Position numbers and translations under genes: made by a program
Part shown: positions 1-6,579 of the stretch, in pieces
Numbering within the stretch: the first letter of the stretch is position 1
Layout: the number at the start of each line of letters is the position of its first letter
The notes under the pieces: generated by a model
Databases searched by the model: none
The model's input: only the letters and a program-made list of their open reading frames with translations
What the model was told of the DNA's origin: nothing
From: Promethearchaeota archaeon
GTDB taxonomy: Archaea; Asgardarchaeota; Lokiarchaeia; Sigyniarchaeales; SOKP01
Length of the DNA stretch: 11,542 nucleotides
Direction: 5' to 3'
NCBI GenBank assembly: GCA_048938445.1
Contig: JBHLME010000137.1
Location: forward strand, 1 to 11,542

Positions 1-635
1 AGAGTTGAATTATTATGGTTTTTTGATGCTACGACAGCTAATTGTCGTTGTGTAGTGCCATATTTTTGCATATGAAAGCGTGCTGCTGCTGCGTAAAGAT
101 CCATAAAAGCAGAGTGTCCACCTTTTTTCTCCTTGTTAACTTCGATACCCTGTTTTTTGGCTTCTCGTTCCTTTCTTTTTTTAGCCATTTTTTTCAATTG
201 TTCAATTAATTTAGTAGTCCTTTCCACATCAGTTGCCGCAATAAAACCTTCCATCATCTTTTCTCGATCTTCACTATAACCTTTTTCAACACCTATAGAT
301 AGAGCACAATCATAAAGACCTGCTTTTATTGCAGTCCATGCTCCGTGGAAAGCAGTGCTTGCGCCCGCACAAGCATTTTCAACATTTATAATAGGTATTT
401 TATCAATTCCATTGGCAGTAAGTGCCACCTGACCTCGAATGCAATGCTGGAAATCACTCATACCCCAACCTGAATTGGAAAACCAAGCAGCTTCAATGTT
501 ATCCGAATTTATATGATCTTCACAATCTTTTAAAACTGATTCAAGTGCTTCCCCTGTTAATTTTTTAATACTTTTTTCAAGAAATTTACCAAACTTGGTC
601 ATTCCAACCCCAAATACATAAATTTTATCGCTCAT
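1..635 (-). CDS. Thiolase, SCP-x/archaeal lipid-transfer type; 5' part only (~211 aa), continues past the left edge
   Basis: Manual translation from ATG at 635: MSDKIYVFGVGMTKFGKFLEKS...IPIINVENACAGASTAFHGAWTAIKAGLYDCALSIGVEK...FMDLYAAAARFHMQKYGTTQRQLAVVASKNHNNS. It has the N-terminal GVGMTKFG, the ENACAGAS nucleophile motif (Cys89), GVEK and KNHxN, all typical of SCP-x-type thiolases. No stop before the window edge, which is why the ORF track misses it. Confidence 0.93.
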   Translation of the reverse strand, partial: MSDKIYVFGVGMTKFGKFLEKSIKKLTGEALESVLKDCEDHINSDNIEAAWFSNSGWGMSDFQHCIRGQVALTANGIDKIPIINVENACAGASTAFHGAWTAIKAGLYDCALSIGVEKGYSEDREKMMEGFIAATDVERTTKLIEQLKKMAKKRKEREAKKQGIEVNKEKKGGHSAFMDLYAAAARFHMQKYGTTQRQLAVVASKNHNNST

Positions 636-896
636 CTTTTTCCATTTTTTCGTTTTTATATTGTTAATTAAGTTAATTAATAAAAAAATAAATATAATGT
701 TATGATAGTAGATAAGATTAAGATTTTAGGGGAGTAAAAAGGCTATAAAAAATTTAGAATTAATGAATAAGCACTTATTTTAGTAAAATTCCTTATTTAA
801 TTCTTAAGAGTTATAATTTTAGATTTTATGGTAGTAAATTCTATTTATAGAAGTTAAAATAATAAATTTATTTACGCTAAAATATATATATATGTT

Positions 897-2411
897 ATGA
901 AAGCAGAAATAATTGAAAAAACAGATATAATAAAAACAAAATCTGGAAATATACGAGGCTATTGCGAAAATGATTTAAATATCTTCAAAGGTATACCTTA
1001 CGCAGAATCACCCATCGGAGATTTGAGATTTGAACCCCCTATCGCTAAGAAACCGTGGGATGATATTCTTGAGGCTACGGAATATGGTTCTTGTGCTTAT
1101 CAAGCATATACAGAGCTTGAAGATTGGCTTGGTAAACCTGAACCTGAGAGTGAGGATTGCTTATTCCTTAATATTTGGACTCCCGCTACAGATGATAAGA
1201 AGCGCCCTGTAATGTTTTGGATACATGGAGGTGCATTTGTTATTGGAACCGGAAATGATCCATGGTATGATGGCTCAGCATTAGTTCGACGTGGGGATGT
1301 TGTGGTAGTTACAATTAATTATAGATTAGGATTCTTTGGTTTTTCATATATCTCAGGTATAACTGCTAATGTAGGCCTTCTTGATCAAATAAAAGCATTA
1401 GAATGGGTTCAAGATAATATTGAACTTTTCGGTGGTGATCCTAATAATATAACGATTTTCGGTCAGTCTGCTGGAGGATATTCTGTTTTATCATTATGTT
1501 CAATACCTGCTGCTAAAGGTCTTTTTCGCCGTGTAATAGCTCAGAGTGCTCCATATATCGATCCAAGCAAAGGTGAAAGCGTTACTAAAAGAATATTACG
1601 TAAATTAAAGATTAAAGGAGGAAATTTAAATGCAGCACGGGATTTCCCTCCTGAACAAATTATTGACGCACAAAATAGATTTTTTGCTGATGATCCTAAT
1701 AATATTCTTGCTCTAAGACCCATAATAGATGAAGAAACATATCCTAAACATCCAATAAAGGACTTTAGAGATGGTAATTGTTCAGATATTGATTTTATGA
1801 TTGGTACGAATTTGGACGAAGCAAAAATGTTTACAGCCATGAAAGCTTTAAGATCAGTGACTACTATGGGAGAAAGACTTGCAGTAGGATATTTGGGTAT
1901 GCAGGGAATTGATCTTGAGACAAGCAAAAAAATAATAAATAAATATAAAGAGGCCAGAGAGGGAAAATTTTCCACTGAACCTAAAGATATTTTTGATGCA
2001 ATAATGACAGATGGCACATTTCGTATACCTACAATACGATTACTGGAAGCTCAGAGCCCCCATCAACCTAATACATATAATTATATGTTTACTTTACCAT
2101 CAACCGGATTGAATGGAATTCTAGGTGTTTGTCACGCTCTTGAAATACCATTCATTTTTAGTACCCTTGAAGCACCAAATGTTAAGAATTTTGTTAAAGC
2201 AAATTCTCAAACAAAAGCCCTTAGTGAAAAAATGATGGATGCTTGGATTAATTTTGCACGTACTGGAAATCCTAACCATAAAAATATTCCCGAATGGCCA
2301 GCTTATAATGCCGAAACTAGAGCAACAATGATTTTTGGAGAAGAATGTAAAATTGAAAATGCTATTTTTGACCAAGAACGTAAGCTTTGGGATGGATTTT
2401 TAGAAATTTAA
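897..2411 (+). CDS. Type-B carboxylesterase/lipase (COesterase, PnbA-like alpha/beta hydrolase)
   Basis: 504 aa with FKGIPYA, SEDCLFLNIWTP, oxyanion WIHGGAF, NYRLG, nucleophile elbow GQSAG (Ser191), acid residue in GTNLDE, His in CHALEIPFIF, and C-terminal FARTGNPN/WPAY. No signal peptide evident. Confidence 0.95.
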   Translation: MKAEIIEKTDIIKTKSGNIRGYCENDLNIFKGIPYAESPIGDLRFEPPIAKKPWDDILEATEYGSCAYQAYTELEDWLGKPEPESEDCLFLNIWTPATDDKKRPVMFWIHGGAFVIGTGNDPWYDGSALVRRGDVVVVTINYRLGFFGFSYISGITANVGLLDQIKALEWVQDNIELFGGDPNNITIFGQSAGGYSVLSLCSIPAAKGLFRRVIAQSAPYIDPSKGESVTKRILRKLKIKGGNLNAARDFPPEQIIDAQNRFFADDPNNILALRPIIDEETYPKHPIKDFRDGNCSDIDFMIGTNLDEAKMFTAMKALRSVTTMGERLAVGYLGMQGIDLETSKKIINKYKEAREGKFSTEPKDIFDAIMTDGTFRIPTIRLLEAQSPHQPNTYNYMFTLPSTGLNGILGVCHALEIPFIFSTLEAPNVKNFVKANSQTKALSEKMMDAWINFARTGNPNHKNIPEWPAYNAETRATMIFGEECKIENAIFDQERKLWDGFLEI

Positions 2412-2429
2412 ATGAGCTATTATTAAGAC

Positions 2430-2438
2430 TTTTTTTTT
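2430..2438 (+). terminator. Oligo-T tract, probable archaeal-type terminator of the esterase gene
   Basis: T9 run starting 19 nt after the esterase stop, in the 31-nt gap between convergent genes. Confidence 0.45.
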
Positions 2439-2442
2439 GATA

Positions 2443-3570
2443 TTATTTTTTTATATTACTTATATATTCTTCCCATGTAGGAGGATAATAAGTAATTTCT
2501 TTACCATTTTCATCGATTTTTTTAACATATTCTCTACCTTTTTCATCAAGAAAAACTTTTCCTGAAGTTTTTAACATTTTATAGAGTTCTGCTCTTTTTT
2601 TAGGATCAGCTACACAAATAAAATTACAATTACCACAGCGAGGATTAGTATCCTCAATAGGTCTTAGTCCTACATTTTCAGTTATACCCACTTTTCCGAA
2701 AGAAGCGGCAATCCGGTTATTAAATTTACGTATTATTCTAGGAGTTTCTCTGCTCCTTAGTAATTTGATCATTAAATTTTGGATATAATGACGATTTAAT
2801 TCATTATTAGGCACTTTTTTAAGACAGATATGATCAGGTGTCCAAGTACTCCATTTTCCATCTTTTGATAATCCAGTCCAGCCAGCACAGCCAATACCAC
2901 ACTTCATATATAATCCTCTCTTTCCATAGATCTGTTTTATACCTCCAATAATTACAGGCTGCCTTTCTTCTTGCTCATCTTTAGCCACATATCCCGTTGT
3001 ACATACCTTTTGACATATAAGACATCGATTACAGTTATTTTCTTTTGCCATAGGATCTGGCTCTAGAGGCGCAGTAGTAATAACTCCATCAAGATATAGT
3101 GATCCTCCATATTCTTTGGTAACTAAGTTTCCAGACCAACCGAGATGCCCAAGACCAGCAGCTACAGCACCATAGCGAAGTGAAAAATCTGGAAATGCTT
3201 CACCATCTTTAATAACAACTTTTACTCCTCCTCTATATTTTGCATTCGGTATGACTGGATGAGCTCTATATTCCGTATTATTTTCAATATATTCAACAAT
3301 CTTTACTGCTGTTTTCCAACCAGTAGCATAACCTATATCTTGGCGAACTTTAATACTCATTCTCTCTTTTTTAGAAAAGTAATTTTCCAAAGCTTCCATA
3401 GTGTTTGGATATGCCCAGATTATGCAACTCAATGCCCCAGGGAGACAATAATCCATATTACCAGAGGGTGGAGCTTCTTTAAGTCTGTCCTTACTCCCAA
3501 CGCCAAACAATTTTGCCCCCGAATCGAGAGCAATTTTTTTTATGTCTTCCTTTAATTTTTTTAAGTCCAT
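2443..3570 (-). CDS. QueG / reductive dehalogenase-fold protein, putatively binding cobalamin and two [4Fe-4S] clusters; substrate unknown
   Basis: 375 aa. FSLRYGAVAAGLGHLGWSGNLVTKEYGGSLYLDGVITTAPLEPDP matches the AxxAGLG-x-G...G...T..pL.pD core of QueG/RdhA. Cys motifs: C180xxCxxCxxxC190, C224xxxC228 and C312xxCxxxC319. No twin-arginine signal. Confidence 0.85.
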   Translation of the reverse strand: MDLKKLKEDIKKIALDSGAKLFGVGSKDRLKEAPPSGNMDYCLPGALSCIIWAYPNTMEALENYFSKKERMSIKVRQDIGYATGWKTAVKIVEYIENNTEYRAHPVIPNAKYRGGVKVVIKDGEAFPDFSLRYGAVAAGLGHLGWSGNLVTKEYGGSLYLDGVITTAPLEPDPMAKENNCNRCLICQKVCTTGYVAKDEQEERQPVIIGGIKQIYGKRGLYMKCGIGCAGWTGLSKDGKWSTWTPDHICLKKVPNNELNRHYIQNLMIKLLRSRETPRIIRKFNNRIAASFGKVGITENVGLRPIEDTNPRCGNCNFICVADPKKRAELYKMLKTSGKVFLDEKGREYVKKIDENGKEITYYPPTWEEYISNIKK

Positions 3571-3586
3571 TTTTATTGCTTTTCAG

Positions 3587-4735
3587 TTAAAATTTCTTCT
3601 TTACATAATAAAATCGAATCAGAAGAGTTACACTGAATAATAATATGTTAAAAAGTATCCTTAAATCTGATACAATAAAGAAGAATATTAATAATGCGGA
3701 TATTAATGTCAGACATAGGGTTATTAAAGCCTTAATCTGAACTTTCACATCCACTTCAAATTTTAACTTATTTCCATATTTTATATTATATATACCAAAT
3801 ATAATAGAAAAAACTACAACTAAATAATGTGGATCTGGTGGTTGAAGATAACCAGTAAAACCAAATAGTAAGTTCATTCCTAATCCTCTTATTAATATAA
3901 CAGAAAAGTAGTTTAGTTTTTCATCCATATCCATACTATTTAACTGAGATTTTGTGTTAAAAAATATTATAAAATTAACTAAATTAAGAGATAATACAAT
4001 GTACATGAACATATTTAAGAAAAATCGTCCTTCTGTAACTCCATTGAGTATGAATATCAAATAACTAATGGAGCTTAAAACAGTAATAGTTGTAATTGAT
4101 ATCAAAATATCTGTTTCATTAATTACATTAATTCTTACTAACTTTATAAACATACTAGAAAGCCAAATAACAAAAAATGCCAAGATATAAGCGGTTATAG
4201 ATACATTTAATAAATCAAAGGCTAAAATACCTATAATTATATGAAAAATACCAGAGATAAGGGATAATCTAGCGGCTATAAATTGTTTTGTTCTATTTTT
4301 AAGATATTTTGGCTTTGGTTCATCACTATCAGGCAAGAAGGAGTATAATTTTTGAATAATAACAAAATAAATAAGACCTCTAACCTTAATTTTCCGAGTA
4401 GCAACCATTAACAATAATTTATTCTGTGATATCATTCCGGCCGCAAGTTCCATAAAGATTTGCAATTTCGTTGTCATTTTTCCATTCCAACCTAGTTTCT
4501 TCTGCTCTAGATTACTTGAGTCATCATTACGGATTCCTTCAATGTTAAGTGTTCCTCTATCAATAGTTATTAACGCAGCATATTTTCCATCTGATGGGTT
4601 CAGTAACAATTTAATGCTAAGGTTCTTAGTAAATTCCTTAAATTCCTCGCTTTCTTTAACTAATTCAAGTCTTTTTCCTAAAGTAAAGGCAAAACCTCTT
4701 AATTTTCCCGTACGTTTTAGTTTAGTTTCATACAT
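3587..4735 (-). CDS. Fusion of an N-terminal SCP2-like (sterol carrier/lipid-binding) domain to a C-terminal ~8-TM membrane domain
   Basis: 382 aa. Residues ~1-135 are soluble with an SCP2-like pattern (helix, beta strands KLLLN/AALITIDRGTLNIE, then MTTKLQIFMELAAGMISQNKLLLMVATRKIKVRG, cf. the SCP2 end motif 'GklkvkG'). Residues ~150-380 have about eight hydrophobic segments. Confidence 0.7.
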   Translation of the reverse strand: MYETKLKRTGKLRGFAFTLGKRLELVKESEEFKEFTKNLSIKLLLNPSDGKYAALITIDRGTLNIEGIRNDDSSNLEQKKLGWNGKMTTKLQIFMELAAGMISQNKLLLMVATRKIKVRGLIYFVIIQKLYSFLPDSDEPKPKYLKNRTKQFIAARLSLISGIFHIIIGILAFDLLNVSITAYILAFFVIWLSSMFIKLVRINVINETDILISITTITVLSSISYLIFILNGVTEGRFFLNMFMYIVLSLNLVNFIIFFNTKSQLNSMDMDEKLNYFSVILIRGLGMNLLFGFTGYLQPPDPHYLVVVFSIIFGIYNIKYGNKLKFEVDVKVQIKALITLCLTLISALLIFFFIVSDLRILFNILLFSVTLLIRFYYVKKKF

Positions 4736-4798
4736 TTTGCGATAAATTATGATTTATATTTTTTTTTACTACGAATTCTACTTATAGTTTTGCTTAAT

Positions 4799-5052
4799 TT
4801 ATATAATATTGATTGGATATTTTCCATATTTATTCAAAATCTTGTACATTATTGGAAAATTTATTAACTTAACAGAAAGATTCATGTTATGAACAGAGCT
4901 TAAAATATAACCTCCTCTTGGTGAATATTCCTTAATTTATCTTTTTGTATAATTCTCAATAAAATCATTACTTATTTTTGCTAAATCTTGCGGAGAAACA
5001 TTCCCTGTTAATGTAATTTTATCCCAATATTTTCATACAATTTGAAAATATC
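4799..5052 (-). pseudogene. Degraded 3' remnant of a uroporphyrinogen decarboxylase / MtaA-CmuA (URO-D/CIMS) family gene
   Basis: Manual translation: DIFKLYE (from 5052), a 1-nt frameshift near 5033-5030, then KYWDKITLTGNVSPQDLAKISNDFIENYTKR*IKEYSPRGGYILSSVHNMNLSVKLINFPIMYKILNKYGKYPINII* (internal TAA at 4939-4937, final TAA at 4801-4799). This matches the remembered URO-D-family C-terminal pattern kyGdki.l.GNv...e..k.li....pgGGyILss.h.i...v..en..am.....kyGkYP. Confidence 0.78.
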
Positions 5053-5054
5053 AT

Positions 5055-6104
5055 TTAGAGATTTTCATTGATTTTATTCCATACGACATCAATATTTAAT
5101 GGTTGAAAAGTGCTTTTATTAAATTGAGTTTTGCAAAGCTGATAGACTGTCTTGATAAAAGGAGCTTTGATATTTAAAGAATCCGCTAATTTAACAAAAT
5201 ATCCATTTAATGATTCTAATTCTGATTGACTTTTCCCTCTAATAATGATATCTTGCATCATACTATTAACACCATACTCCTTCATACTTTGTTTAAATAA
5301 CTCGTCTGCTTTATCATCTGGAGTATCTCTCATGATTTTCAATATTTTCCAAGAAGGGATTCCTTTTAATTTGTACTCTTTATAACCTGCAGATTGAATA
5401 ATTTGTATTCCCTCATTTAACATATTAATTAAAATTTTCCTAAGCTTTGAAATTGAAGAGATTTCATTAAGCATTTTATCATAATTGAAATCAATTAATG
5501 TCAAGATAGAATTACCTATGTTAATAATCATTTTAGAATGTGCAGCGTCTTGTAACCTCTTAGTTATTTTGGTTGAAATACCAAAATTAAGAATCTGGCT
5601 TAATTTTTCCATAATTGATTGTAAGGAGTTATCAATTGTACCAAGAATTATTTCTCCATTCCTCCTATAACCAAAAATTCCAGGTTTATCTCTCCATGCG
5701 TTAAAAGCAATGACCCCATAAATTACTTTAGTAAAATAATTCGGTAAAATTTTCTGATTCTCGACACCATTCTGAAAAGCAACAATAATAGGTTTATCTC
5801 CTAATTTTGAAAAAATATCTTTGGCAACCTCTTCGAGATCATAATTTTTTACAGCAATGACTATTACATCTGCCGATGGTTTTTCGTTTAAATTTTCAAT
5901 AACTTTTACAGGAATTGATATTTTATTATTATCTCCTCTCTGATAAATAATTAAACCTCTTGATTTCATTATTTTTGCATTTTCTCCTCTCGCCAATAAA
6001 TAGATCTCATCATAATGAGGAGATAACCATCCACCAAGTGAAGCACCAATAGCACCTATTCCGTAAATTACTATTTTAAATTTGTCATTATTATCCATTT
6101 TCAT
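5055..6104 (-). CDS. panE: Ketopantoate reductase family (PanE/ApbA) NAD(P)-dependent 2-oxoacid reductase
   Basis: 349 aa with Rossmann GIGAIG, AVKNYD, FQNGVEN, catalytic-Lys region SKMIIN, NSMMQD and ELESLNGYFV. The symbol is family-level only. The start could be Met3 (6098). Confidence 0.88.
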   Translation of the reverse strand: MKMDNNDKFKIVIYGIGAIGASLGGWLSPHYDEIYLLARGENAKIMKSRGLIIYQRGDNNKISIPVKVIENLNEKPSADVIVIAVKNYDLEEVAKDIFSKLGDKPIIVAFQNGVENQKILPNYFTKVIYGVIAFNAWRDKPGIFGYRRNGEIILGTIDNSLQSIMEKLSQILNFGISTKITKRLQDAAHSKMIINIGNSILTLIDFNYDKMLNEISSISKLRKILINMLNEGIQIIQSAGYKEYKLKGIPSWKILKIMRDTPDDKADELFKQSMKEYGVNSMMQDIIIRGKSQSELESLNGYFVKLADSLNIKAPFIKTVYQLCKTQFNKSTFQPLNIDVVWNKINENL

Positions 6105-6202
6105 CTCAATTGTGCTTTTTATTTATAGAAATTCTATTTTTACAAAAAATTTTATTAATCTAATCTCTAATTTCAAATTGAAAAATTTGGTGATAATTTT
6201 GC

Positions 6203-6236
6203 TAATATAAGATTATTTAATAATAATCTTTATTTA
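6203..6236. promoter_or_regulatory. Perfect 9-bp inverted repeat (AAGATTATT-taat-AATAATCTT, 6209-6230) running into TATA-like boxes on both strands; candidate bidirectional promoter or operator
   Basis: Lies in the divergent gap between panE-like (start 6104) and the SAF gene (start 6298). The + strand reads AATCTTTATTTA and the - strand reads AATCTTATATTA. Confidence 0.45.
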
Positions 6237-6285
6237 TTACTAAACTAGAATTAAATTTTGCCATAAGATTCAAGAGATTAAAGTT

Positions 6286-6290
6286 GGAGG
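6286..6290 (+). promoter_or_regulatory. Shine-Dalgarno GGAGG
   Basis: GGAGG followed by a 7-nt spacer and ATG 6298. Confidence 0.7.
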
Positions 6291-6297
6291 ATTTTAT

Positions 6298-6579
6298 ATG
6301 AAAACCAAATTCATTATTATGCATACTGAAGATAATTGTGCTACTGCTTTAGATAGAATTTCTAAAGATACTGAAATAGAAATAAATGATTATCGAATTA
6401 AAATAAATCAAGATATTGATATTGGCCATAAAATTGCTTTAAAAAATCTTAAAAAAGGAGATTTAATTAAAAAATATGGAGAAATTATAGGTATCGCTAT
6501 AGACGAAATAAAAGCAGGGGATTGGATTCATACACATAATATAAAAAGCCATTATTTAGAGGAAGCAAAAATTGACTGA
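6298..6579 (+). CDS. UxaA-family small subunit (SAF domain; altronate dehydratase N-terminal / SuyA-like)
   Basis: 93 aa with DNCATAL, GHKIAL, IKKYGEIIG and GDWIHTHN, the signature of the UxaA/GarD SAF domain. Good SD. Confidence 0.92.
   Translation: MKTKFIIMHTEDNCATALDRISKDTEIEINDYRIKINQDIDIGHKIALKNLKKGDLIKKYGEIIGIAIDEIKAGDWIHTHNIKSHYLEEAKID

Noticed and set aside
882-893. (AT)n run just before the esterase ATG
   Set aside because: Short dinucleotide run expected in AT-rich DNA; no evidence of phase variation.
1030-2375. ORFs 1030-1212 (+), 1541-2017 (-) and 2121-2375 (-)
   Set aside because: All lie inside the well-supported esterase gene and have no motifs; they are shadow or alternative-frame ORFs.
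2443-3570. Assigning the symbol queG or rdhA
   Set aside because: Only fold-level motifs match. There is no Tat leader or small rdhB, the Cys spacing is atypical, and the host is probably archaeal.
4937-4939. Stop-codon recoding (Sec/Pyl) in the URO-D-like fragment
   Set aside because: The stop is TAA, not TGA or TAG, and is one substitution from TTA (Leu). It co-occurs with a frameshift and a 5' truncation, which indicates decay.
3259-5670. ORFs 3259-3555 (+), 4542-4745 (+) and 5485-5670 (+)
   Set aside because: Antisense to stronger minus-strand genes, with Ser/Phe/Ile-rich shadow composition.
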